Of a DNA stretch of 64,000 nt, positions 55,662 through 64,000 are shown piece by piece. The notes beneath the pieces were generated by a model. The model had not been told where the DNA came from. It saw nothing but the letters and a program-made list of their open reading frames with translations, and searched no databases. The DNA is from SAR324 cluster bacterium JCVI-SC AAA005 (GTDB lineage: Bacteria > SAR324 > NAC60-12), in assembly GCA_000224765.2 (NCBI GenBank), contig AGAU01000412.1:2529-66528 (forward strand), read 5' to 3'. A program made the position numbers and the translations under genes. Numbering within the stretch: the stretch's first letter is position 1; each line of letters opens with the position of its first letter.

Positions 55662-57491
55662 ATGAGCAACATCCCCCGCAATGAGTATCCACGCCCACAA
55701 ATGCAACGTGAAGACTGGCTCTGCCTGAATGGTCTATGGGAATTTGAAGTGGACCAAGGAGACAGTGGACTCCAACGTGGACTACTGACCAAATCATTAG
55801 TCCAAACAATTCAGGTCCCCTTTTGCCCTGAATCAAAACTGTCTGGGATCGAGAACAAAGATCACTTGATTTGTGTCTGGTATCGAAAGCGTATCAAGGT
55901 TCCAACAGAATGGAAGGCAGACCAAGTTTTAGTTCACTTTCAAGCCGTGGATTATGAGTCTACTGTTTGGGCCAATGGTGAGGAAGTGGCTCGACATCGT
56001 GGGGGATTCACACCGTTTTCATGCAAAGTGGATCTGATCAATTTGGCTGCTGATCGAGAGATCGAAATTGTTTTGAGGGCCCGGGATTATGATGACCGTC
56101 CACAGCCTCGAGGGAAGCAAGCACGAGGCTTTGCTGGCCATGGTGCTTTATATGGCAGAACTACTGGCATCTGGCAAACTGTCTGGATGGAGCCAGTTCC
56201 CCAGATTCACCTACAACGCCCTCGTCTGACTCCTGTTAGATCCACAGAATCTTTGCAGGTTGTACAGCCCTTGAGCATTCCGACCGAGGGACATCAGGTT
56301 CACTTCCAAATCCTTGCCGATGGGAAAGAGGTTGCCTCCAAGACCTTAAAAACAAATGCTGATTTCACTCTTCAAGCAGATATTCCCTTAACCACAGTGC
56401 GACTTTGGACTGTAGAGGATCCTTTCCTCTACGAAGTGAATGTAGAGTTGCTGAATACTAGCGATGAAGTCATGGATTCTTACCAAAGTTACTTCGGCTT
56501 TCGAACGGTATCGTTGGATGGCAAGAAGTTTAAACTCAACGGCAAAACGATCTTCCAGCGGCTTGTACTCGACCAAGGTTACTACCCAGACGGATTGATG
56601 ACGGCTCCTCGTGATGAAGATCTAGTTGAAGATATTCGGCTCAGCTTAGAGGCTGGTTTCAATGGGGCGCGACTTCACCAGAAAGTGTTCGAAGAACGTT
56701 TCCTATACCATGCTGACCGCATGGGTTATCTGGTCTGGGGAGAATTTGGGGATTGGGGTGCGGCGAACCTGGGACGCTTTCCTCACCATCAAAGCTTTTC
56801 TGCTTCCTACATCACAGAGTGGCTTGAAGCTATCGAGCGGGACTATTCACATCCAAGTATTGTTGGTTGGTGTCCCCTCAACGAAACTTGGGAACCCATC
56901 ATGGAGGAGATGTCCCAGCTCGATGACATCACAAGAGGGATGTTCCTAGCAACCAAGGCCATGGATTCAACTCGACCTGTACTGGACACATCAGGCTATT
57001 CCCATCGGATTCATGAAACCGATGTTTATGACTGCCACGACTACACTCAGGATCCAGAAAAGTTTGCAGAACATCACTCACATGTTGGTGAGGGGAATCC
57101 ATACCAGAATGAGTGGAGGGTAAAGGGACCTCATCTGCGAGATTATCGTGGGCGGCCTCTCAAACAACGTTGGTCAACCCCTTACCGAGGTCAACCCTAC
57201 TTTGTCAGCGAATTTGGGGGAATTTGGTGGAACCCGGAAGATGAGCATCGTGATTCCTGGGGATATGGCGAGCGACCGAAAAATATTGAAGAGTTTTATG
57301 ACCGCTTTGAAAAACTCTGTACGATCCTGCTGCAGAATCCGCTGATGTTCGGCTATTGCTATACCCAGCTCACCGATATTGATCAGGAGCAAAACGGGAT
57401 CTACACCTATCGGCGAGATATCAAATTTGACATGCAGCGTATCCGGCGTGTTCAGACCCAGATCGCAGCCATTGAGAAGCTAGGAGACTAA
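55662..57491 (+). CDS. glycoside hydrolase family 2 protein
   Basis: Start at MSNIPRNEYPRPQMQREDWLCLNGLWEF (ATG 55662, 2 nt after the abfA stop). It has a GH2 sugar-binding domain (VWANGEEVARHRGGFTPF) and a TIM-barrel region (FNGARLHQKVFEERFLYHADRMGYLVWGEF). The upstream part of the track ORF overlaps abfA. Confidence 0.85.
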   Translation: MSNIPRNEYPRPQMQREDWLCLNGLWEFEVDQGDSGLQRGLLTKSLVQTIQVPFCPESKLSGIENKDHLICVWYRKRIKVPTEWKADQVLVHFQAVDYESTVWANGEEVARHRGGFTPFSCKVDLINLAADREIEIVLRARDYDDRPQPRGKQARGFAGHGALYGRTTGIWQTVWMEPVPQIHLQRPRLTPVRSTESLQVVQPLSIPTEGHQVHFQILADGKEVASKTLKTNADFTLQADIPLTTVRLWTVEDPFLYEVNVELLNTSDEVMDSYQSYFGFRTVSLDGKKFKLNGKTIFQRLVLDQGYYPDGLMTAPRDEDLVEDIRLSLEAGFNGARLHQKVFEERFLYHADRMGYLVWGEFGDWGAANLGRFPHHQSFSASYITEWLEAIERDYSHPSIVGWCPLNETWEPIMEEMSQLDDITRGMFLATKAMDSTRPVLDTSGYSHRIHETDVYDCHDYTQDPEKFAEHHSHVGEGNPYQNEWRVKGPHLRDYRGRPLKQRWSTPYRGQPYFVSEFGGIWWNPEDEHRDSWGYGERPKNIEEFYDRFEKLCTILLQNPLMFGYCYTQLTDIDQEQNGIYTYRRDIKFDMQRIRRVQTQIAAIEKLGD

Positions 57492-57564
57492 ACTTTTCAA
57501 GTTCAGGGCTTCTCTAAAAGTTAATCACTTGCAGTGTCTCTCTCATTTAGAGAAGCCAACGAGC

Positions 57565-58332
57565 TCATTCAGCTTCTGTATCTCCCTCACAATTACGGTA
57601 TTCCACCTTGCCATCAGGCAAGATCGTATTACAAAGCTTAGCCTTTTCGAACAGCGTGTTCTCTGTAATCGCTTCTCGTAGGTCAATACCGTACAAGTTT
57701 GCATCGGTCAAATCGGCATCCGTCAAATCAGCGCCTTGAAGTCGGATTCGATGTAAGTTCGCTCCAACTAGCTTGGCTTGACTCAGTACAGCTTTGCCTA
57801 GATCTGCTTCTCGCAGATCCGCTCCCGACAAGTCTGCCTCACTCAAATTCGCTTCACTCAAATTCGCCTCGCTTAGATCTGCATCCGTCAAGTCAGCACC
57901 AACCAAATTAGCACCCCGCAATTTAGCTCCAGATAATTTGGCACCTGAGAGGTCTGTTCCTCCGAGGTTTGCGTGCAACAAATCGACTTCCGTCAAATCT
58001 GCATTCTTCAAGTTGGCTTCTGGCGCATTCGCTTCATGCAAATCAGCGAAGAATAGTAAGGCTCCCGATAAATCCGCCTGTGCCAAATTGGCTTGATGAA
58101 GATTGGCCCCATTCAAGTCAACTCTATGGAGACCCGCTCCTACCAAATTGGCCTCCTGCAAATCGGCTTTTGCTAAATTGGCTTTGGACAGCTTGGCTTC
58201 TCGCAGATCTGAAGAATACAGGACGGCCTTGGGCAAATCGGCTTCCGAAAGATCTACACCAAACAACTCGCCTTTAGGACAAACCTTGGTCTCCAGAAGT
58301 TGACACAAGTGCTCCGGATCGTGGTGTTTCAT
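57565..58332 (-). CDS. pentapeptide-repeat protein (no signal peptide)
   Basis: 255-aa ORF made almost entirely of A(D/N)LxxA(N/D)L pentapeptide repeats. Confidence 0.85.
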   Translation of the reverse strand: MKHHDPEHLCQLLETKVCPKGELFGVDLSEADLPKAVLYSSDLREAKLSKANLAKADLQEANLVGAGLHRVDLNGANLHQANLAQADLSGALLFFADLHEANAPEANLKNADLTEVDLLHANLGGTDLSGAKLSGAKLRGANLVGADLTDADLSEANLSEANLSEADLSGADLREADLGKAVLSQAKLVGANLHRIRLQGADLTDADLTDANLYGIDLREAITENTLFEKAKLCNTILPDGKVEYRNCEGDTEAE

Positions 58333-58460
58333 TTTGTGTTTACATCTTTCAGTTGGAACAACTCAGATCACGAACAGAAAAATTAAACAAACCAAGTCCA
58401 CTGCGGCCAGGACCAGTAGAATCGGCAGGTATTTTTTGATGGTTGGATGAAGCATTGGGC

Positions 58461-59165
58461 TCAATGGAATTCGGCCATGTTTTTCCAGGCTTCCCGCAAT
58501 TTTTCCATGTTAAAGCCCGGTTGTTGGCTGGCGTTGATCAGGATCCGCTCCTTGTCAAAAATCTTCTGGGCCATCTCAACAATTTCCTGAATTCCGTCTT
58601 GGGGAACAACCACCGCACCATGCATATCTGCATGAATCAAATCTCTGTCCTCGACATCCATACCATGGACGGTCACAGACTGCCCCCAGTCCACAAGGTG
58701 CACCCAAGCATGTGATGGATTAACCATTCCGGCCAGCATTTGAAACTTGTCCTGAGCATCTGGAATGTCTCGAACACAACCATTGGTAATGACTCCCAAG
58801 CAGCCAAGGCCATAGTGCAGATTACTATTCACCTCCCCCCAAAACGAACCGTAGCCCGGCATCTCGTCTAGATCCTGGATCACAGAAATACTCGGCACAG
58901 GGCCTCCTTCAGCCACATAGCTGTAGTAACTATCTCGGTTCCAGGCATCTGTGGGTTGATGCATTGCTCGTAATCTGGCAGTTCGTGCATACCCCACGAT
59001 AGAAGGCAAAGAGGGACGCGAGCAGGTAAATGGGCGAATCGTGAAGCCCCGGTTTCTTCGATTTGGATACACGGCCTCAATCGCATTACAAACCGTGGGG
59101 GTATCCAATGTTTTCAAGGCTTGAAGCGATTGCTCATTTGATTGTGCCATTTTTCTAGTGCTCAT
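58461..59165 (-). CDS. RraA-family protein (4-hydroxy-4-methyl-2-oxoglutarate aldolase/oxaloacetate decarboxylase-like)
   Basis: 234-aa ORF with LDTPTVCNAIE and GSFWGEVNSNLHYGLGCLGVITNGCVRD patterns typical of the RraA fold. Confidence 0.75.
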   Translation of the reverse strand: MSTRKMAQSNEQSLQALKTLDTPTVCNAIEAVYPNRRNRGFTIRPFTCSRPSLPSIVGYARTARLRAMHQPTDAWNRDSYYSYVAEGGPVPSISVIQDLDEMPGYGSFWGEVNSNLHYGLGCLGVITNGCVRDIPDAQDKFQMLAGMVNPSHAWVHLVDWGQSVTVHGMDVEDRDLIHADMHGAVVVPQDGIQEIVEMAQKIFDKERILINASQQPGFNMEKLREAWKNMAEFH

Positions 59166-59226
59166 TTAATGATTATTAAGAAGTGATCTTCTGAGAGGAA
59201 ACGAATGCAACCAACCATTTTTATCA

Positions 59227-60051
59227 CTATTTATTTAGATCAACCGTAGTCATTTTGTCAGCAAAGAATGTCCGTTGGATACCGCGAACGCTCTCGCCTC
59301 CATCCACAACAATATTCGAACCCACACTGTAATTGCCAGCATCAGAAGCTAGAAAAATGGCTGCTCCTGCAATGTTCCCTTTCTCACCAACTCGTTTGCC
59401 TGGTATGTAATTTCGCATCTCTTCGGTATAGTCTCGAGCAATTCGGTTCAAATCTGTAGGGAAATCTCCCGGAGAAATCGTGTTGATATATATGTCTTCC
59501 CAGGCCAAGCTGTCCCCAAGATGTTTGCCCAGTTGAATCAACCCTGCCTTACTGACACCATAGGCAAAATTATAGTCAGGATTGATCTTCCCACAGCCAT
59601 CAATCGAAGCAATGTTGATTACTTTTTTCGGAGTTTCTGGAGAGCAATCCACTCGCAAATAAGGAAGAAAAGCCTGGATCAGAAAATAGATAGATTTGAT
59701 GTTGAGATCCATGACCCAATCCCAATCCGATTCAGTCACATCATCCAATGCCTTGCCACCATCGGAGATGCCAGCATTATTGACAAGAATATCGAGTCTA
59801 GATTCTCGCTCGGCAAACTGGGATACAAATTGTTTGATCCCGGCTAGGTCTTTCAAATCTGCAGAAATGACCTCACACTCCCCTAACTTAGAAAATTCCG
59901 CTTGCTTCGCCTTTAGTTGCTCTACATTGCGGGCCACCAGGTACGCCTTAGCCCCAAAGTTCAGGAATCCCTCGGCAATCATAGCCCCAATTCCCATTGA
60001 GCCGCCGGTGACCACAGCCACCTTGTTCTGCAAAGAGAACATATCTTTCAT
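59227..60051 (-). CDS. short-chain dehydrogenase/reductase
   Basis: 274-aa ORF with VVTGGSMGIGAMIA, NNAG and YGVSK motifs. Confidence 0.85.
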   Translation of the reverse strand: MKDMFSLQNKVAVVTGGSMGIGAMIAEGFLNFGAKAYLVARNVEQLKAKQAEFSKLGECEVISADLKDLAGIKQFVSQFAERESRLDILVNNAGISDGGKALDDVTESDWDWVMDLNIKSIYFLIQAFLPYLRVDCSPETPKKVINIASIDGCGKINPDYNFAYGVSKAGLIQLGKHLGDSLAWEDIYINTISPGDFPTDLNRIARDYTEEMRNYIPGKRVGEKGNIAGAAIFLASDAGNYSVGSNIVVDGGESVRGIQRTFFADKMTTVDLNK

Positions 60052-60324
60052 CCTGAACCTCTCAAAAATTGAATTTGTTGTGAATTCTGACTATCCCAAG
60101 TAGATCAATAACTTGGAATCCTTAAACCAGCTAGTACAGACTGTCCAGTAATTTGTTGTTTCTCTGCCTTTAAAAAGTTTAAAGCTCAAAGGTAAATCAA
60201 AGGTTTCAGTCTAACGCTAGGTGGCTCACAAGATACGCAACAGCATTCGACTTCAAAAACCCGTAAACCAACAGAGTACTCAAACCTTTAGAGATATTCC
60301 TCATCTACAAAGTCTAACCAAAAG

Positions 60325-61239
60325 ATGAAACCCGAACTTTCCAACCAGCAACTCTTACAATTTCTAACTGAGAAATATGGATCTGAACCGCAATGGACTC
60401 CCATCGCCGAGGGAATGGAATCTCGGGTATTCACATTTATTTGGGATGACCAGGAATATATTCTGCGAGTGAACCCCAACCAGTCTGGATTTCAGAAAGA
60501 TCGCTGGTGCTTTCAACAGTTTCATTCTGAAGAGTTGCCAATTCCTGAAATTCTTGAGATCGGCTCCTTCTCACCTCACTATGCCTACAGTATTTCCCAT
60601 CGACTTTCTGGTATCACACTCGAGGACAGCGCAATTCCAATTCTCCAACAACTCACTCCCTACGTTAGTCAGGTTTGGAGGGTAATTAGCCAAGCGCCAC
60701 TGCCAAGTTCTGAAGGCTTTGGTCCTTTTAACGAGTACGGACACGCTTCCTTCTCATCCTGGCAGTCCTTTTTACAGTCAACAATACGTGGGAAAAGTCG
60801 ACAGTGGGATCGTCTGTTTGCCAGTAATTTGCTAGATGCCACAGCACTTCAACCTGTGATGCAGAACTATCTTAAACTGATTGAGTATTGTCCTGAAGAA
60901 CACAAACTGGTGCACGGAGACTTCGGTTCTAATAATGTGCTGACCGATGGTCAAAAGATTACTGGAGTATTGGACTGGGACTGTGCGCTCTATGGGGATC
61001 CACTTTTTGATGTGGCTGGGAGTTTTTTCTGGTCACCATGGCTTGACTGCATGCGAATTCAGTCAGAGTTCTTTCATAAAACGCTAGGGAACGAAGCCGA
61101 CTTCGCTTTGTGCCTGCAGTGCTATCAACTACGCTGTGGACTAGAAGAAATCCATGAAAATGCTTTGGTGGGAAATCAAAAATTATTGAACTGGCTCCTC
61201 AACCGAACTATGCAGATTCATCAAGCAACAGAGAACTAA
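60325..61239 (+). CDS. aminoglycoside phosphotransferase, hygromycin-B 4-O-kinase (APH(4))-like
   Basis: The 304-aa ORF aligns by eye along its length with E. coli Hph as I recall it: RVFTFIWDDQEYILRVN, ELPIPEILEIG, SEGFGPF, LVHGDFGSNNVLTDGQKITGVLDWDCALYGDPLFDVAGSFFWSPWLDCM. Confidence 0.85.
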   Translation: MKPELSNQQLLQFLTEKYGSEPQWTPIAEGMESRVFTFIWDDQEYILRVNPNQSGFQKDRWCFQQFHSEELPIPEILEIGSFSPHYAYSISHRLSGITLEDSAIPILQQLTPYVSQVWRVISQAPLPSSEGFGPFNEYGHASFSSWQSFLQSTIRGKSRQWDRLFASNLLDATALQPVMQNYLKLIEYCPEEHKLVHGDFGSNNVLTDGQKITGVLDWDCALYGDPLFDVAGSFFWSPWLDCMRIQSEFFHKTLGNEADFALCLQCYQLRCGLEEIHENALVGNQKLLNWLLNRTMQIHQATEN

Positions 61240-61266
61240 ATTTTTAGCCAGAAGGCTAGCACAGAC

Positions 61267-61566
61267 TCACCTGCACTCTACCACAAGATGATTTGTTGCT
61301 TGCGTCACGAAGGAGTCTCCATGTGGAATTGTAAAAGCAGTGACTCGGTCCAGAATATCGTATCCTCCTGGACATACTATCCCCGCCTCTTTATAGCATT
61401 CATGGTGTTCCAGTTGATCTGAAGCCAAGGTTAACGTCCGACCCAAACCTACACACTCCAGCGTATGGATTTCCCCACCACTTAGCCCTGTTTGCTTGGG
61501 ACTCCCTTGGCAGCTGCAGAAGAACCACACAGCACCAATATTGATAAAAATTTTGAAGGGTTTCAT
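61267..61566 (-). CDS. hypothetical small Cys-containing lipoprotein
   Basis: 99-aa ORF with a signal peptide and lipobox (GAVWFFCSC). Confidence 0.45.
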   Translation of the reverse strand: MKPFKIFINIGAVWFFCSCQGSPKQTGLSGGEIHTLECVGLGRTLTLASDQLEHHECYKEAGIVCPGGYDILDRVTAFTIPHGDSFVTQATNHLVVECR

Positions 61567-61653
61567 TCGCTGTATTGCAAGACCATCAAGTTTTGAGATT
61601 AATTTGATTTCTGCAGGCCATCCAAACTTGATACCCGAACGTTCACTATCACT

Positions 61654-62136
61654 TCAGCCAGACTCTTCCTGCTTTCGCCGTAGGTGCATCGCATAGGCTT
61701 TACAGCACATCCCCGTGAGATGTCCTGTAAAGTATCCAAGAAAAGCAATCGAGAACGCTATCGACATAGTTCGTTCATTAAACACTCCAGTGAAGGCTAG
61801 GATAGATCCAAGTGCGGCTGCTAATTCTCCTGCATCCTTTGCCACATGAGAAGTTTCCTCCCAAAAATCCACTGAATTTTGAGGACGGCGTGTGTAGACG
61901 ACAAAAAAAGTGAGGCTCCACACAACGATGATCGTGGGTAGGTCAATAAAACGCTCAAAGATCGGACGCTGCAAAATCACAGAGTCCTCTGTACAGTAAA
62001 ATCCTCGCTCTGGAGAGTAGGCCTCTTCACAGACACCAGTAGGACTTTCAAACCGAAATGTGGACGATTGAAAGTCAAAGTGTGTTGCGACAAACACGAT
62101 CATCAGAATTCCAAGAAATCGTAAGCGAATCCCCAT
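61654..62136 (-). CDS. hypothetical membrane protein
   Basis: 160-aa ORF with 3-4 hydrophobic helices. No family recognised. Confidence 0.5.
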   Translation of the reverse strand: MGIRLRFLGILMIVFVATHFDFQSSTFRFESPTGVCEEAYSPERGFYCTEDSVILQRPIFERFIDLPTIIVVWSLTFFVVYTRRPQNSVDFWEETSHVAKDAGELAAALGSILAFTGVFNERTMSIAFSIAFLGYFTGHLTGMCCKAYAMHLRRKQEESG

Positions 62137-62455
62137 TTTACTCCTCCAATGCAGTTCTTCTCGCGGTTTACAGAATCTGAATGCGTTGATCCTAAGTACT
62201 TCCCTTGACTATCACCCAGTTCATAAGCTCTCCATACCATTGTTTTGAGATCATTGCGCCGTTCCTCTTTGGGTTAAAATCTCTTTAGTAAGGCAGTTCG
62301 CGCACTCGATCTAGGAAAGCAACTGCATCTTCCAGTCCCACATCTTTTGGATGTGGCTCACCCACCCATAGAGCGATCTCCCCCCGTCATCCTCCCCAAA
62401 ATTTTTTCCTTGCCCTAAGCTTTGCAAACCAATCAACACTACTCAGGGAAAACCC

Positions 62456-63712
62456 ATGAAAAATTTCATCTCAAAAATAACAAAATCATTACTAATGATC
62501 CTTCTTGTTGTTCCGGCTCTATCAGCCTGTAAGGACATGCCTCCAATTGAACAAACCTCACCTCTACTGGGTGCTTATCTTCAAGGTTCTAACGTTTTGG
62601 AAGGTAATTTTCTTGAGAGTGATTCTTTTGAATTCAATCTTTCTAAATCATTTCAGCCACAAATCGAATTCATCGAGCAACTCGATTTCCAGTGGGCTGA
62701 AGAAGGGGTGCAATGGACGCAAACTACTGTGATAGATTTGTTCGACTTCGAAATTCCTGATGTGGATATTCCAGAGCTTAGCCTTCCAAATCTAGCCCTT
62801 CCAACGATTAGTCTCACAGAAGTCAGCCTTCCTGATACAAGCCTGATTGTGTCGATCTTGCACACGATGGAGACTGAAGAAGTTAAAGAATTACAAGGCA
62901 ACAAAAATGAATTCTTCCTAGCTAAAAAAAATCTGGTGAAGGCAAACTTGATGGATGTTGATCTTTCCAGGGTTGATCTCTCTGGCAAAGACCTTTCTGG
63001 CGCAGACCTGCGAGGTTCAGATCTGAGCCACGCTGACCTCACAGGAGCCAACCTAACTGGAGCACACCTTTGGCAGGCAAAGCTGAGAAAAGTAACCTTG
63101 CGAGACACGGATCTATCTGGAATGGATTTCTCTGGAATGGATTTAAGCAGGGCAGATCTAAGGGGTGTCAACCTGAGTGGGGCCAGCCTATGGGGGACCA
63201 AACTATATCGCACCAATCTAAGTGGGGCCAATTTGAGTGGGGCCCGTCTCTCCAATGCAGATCTCTCTCAGTCAGAGCTTAGCGGAGCTAATCTTTTCAA
63301 AGCTGAACTCTACAACACACAGTTGATGGGAGCCAATCTCAGTGCAGCTAATCTCTCTGGAGCAGATCTACAGAAAGCTCAACTGACAAATACTAATCTC
63401 TACAAGGCCAACCTTACAAGTGCCTGGCTAGCTGGTGCAAATCTACAGGATGCAAATCTCTCTGAAGCAAATCTATTCAGAAGCACTCTGCATGGTGCGA
63501 ACCTACGAGATGCGGATCTAAGCGCAGCAAACTTGGTGGAAGCATCACTAATCAAAGCCAACCTGCAAGGTGTGGATCTGCAAGACGCGGATCTGAACAA
63601 GACTATTCTGTTCAAAGCTTCTGTCAGTAAATCCGTACTGATTAAAGCTCAACTGTGCCTCACGAACCTACCCGACCACACAATGTATAACCGGGATTGT
63701 GAGCGGACGTGA
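62456..63712 (+). CDS. pentapeptide-repeat lipoprotein
   Basis: 418-aa ORF with lipobox LVVPALSAC, a ~150-aa non-repeat region, then ~250 aa of pentapeptide repeats (ADLRGSDLSHADLTGANLTGAHL...). Confidence 0.85.
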   Translation: MKNFISKITKSLLMILLVVPALSACKDMPPIEQTSPLLGAYLQGSNVLEGNFLESDSFEFNLSKSFQPQIEFIEQLDFQWAEEGVQWTQTTVIDLFDFEIPDVDIPELSLPNLALPTISLTEVSLPDTSLIVSILHTMETEEVKELQGNKNEFFLAKKNLVKANLMDVDLSRVDLSGKDLSGADLRGSDLSHADLTGANLTGAHLWQAKLRKVTLRDTDLSGMDFSGMDLSRADLRGVNLSGASLWGTKLYRTNLSGANLSGARLSNADLSQSELSGANLFKAELYNTQLMGANLSAANLSGADLQKAQLTNTNLYKANLTSAWLAGANLQDANLSEANLFRSTLHGANLRDADLSAANLVEASLIKANLQGVDLQDADLNKTILFKASVSKSVLIKAQLCLTNLPDHTMYNRDCERT

Positions 63713-63834
63713 TCAGCGCAAGCTCTTATTTCTCTGTTTTCTTCCAATTAGCTTGACTTCATGGATCAGCAAAGGATGTTTCATCTGGGATTCCTATTAA
63801 GTTTAGGCAACTAGTCACTTTGCTTTTTAACTTT

Positions 63835-64000
63835 ATGCCCTTGAAAAACATCATGGTTCACCGAGCTTTATTTCAGTCCCTAGTGCTGGGATTTTTTCTC
63901 TTTTCCGTACAAAACATTTTCGCAGACGATACGAAAGAGGCACGTATTCAGGCAGCAGAGAGATATCTAGCAGCAGTACCGATTTCCCAGCTTCTTGAAG
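63835..64000 (+). CDS. hypothetical secreted protein, N-terminal fragment (runs off the window end)
   Basis: ATG at 63835 opens MPLKNIMVHRALFQSLVLGFFLFSVQNIFADDTKEARIQAAERYLAAVPISQLLE, which is stop-free to the window end and signal-peptide-like. Confidence 0.35.
   Translation, partial: MPLKNIMVHRALFQSLVLGFFLFSVQNIFADDTKEARIQAAERYLAAVPISQLLE

Overview
64-kb stretch of a bacterial chromosome with intermediate GC (judged by eye), probably from a marine heterotroph or photoheterotroph. I support about 55 apparently intact genes. They include two Gfo/Idh/MocA oxidoreductases, a TRAP transporter (dctPQM), adenosine/adenine deaminase, and an FAH-family gene next to a KGSADH-like aldehyde dehydrogenase. 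Also present are an Atm1-type ABC exporter, a MATE pump, a phosphonate cluster (phnW, phnA, broken phnY) and a PotABCD-type ABC operon ending in a HisD-family dehydrogenase. That operon is flanked by an SDR, a HisC-like aminotransferase and an FMN-dependent 2-hydroxyacid dehydrogenase. A GH51/GH2/enolase-superfamily/RraA-like/SDR sugar cluster, an APH(4)-like kinase and three pentapeptide-repeat proteins complete the list. Three things stand out. (1) An AT-rich island (about 43.6-48.5 kb) carries an intact, blue-tuned proteorhodopsin with no retinal-synthesis genes nearby, a PhyH-type dioxygenase and a heavily decayed foreign gene. (2) A pair of AT-richer lipoprotein genes (a 1088-aa clostripain/C11-like protease and a 322-aa paralogue of its C-terminal module) is separated by twelve phased 10-bp A-tract repeats. 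Both have lipoprotein leaders that start upstream of any ATG/GTG/TTG. (3) Gene decay is unusually dense: at least eight frameshifted, nonsense-interrupted or truncated genes, including phnY and a tandem pair of c-type cytochromes. I found no rRNA, tRNA, CRISPR array or intact mobile element. All family calls come from motif recognition by eye, not from database searches.
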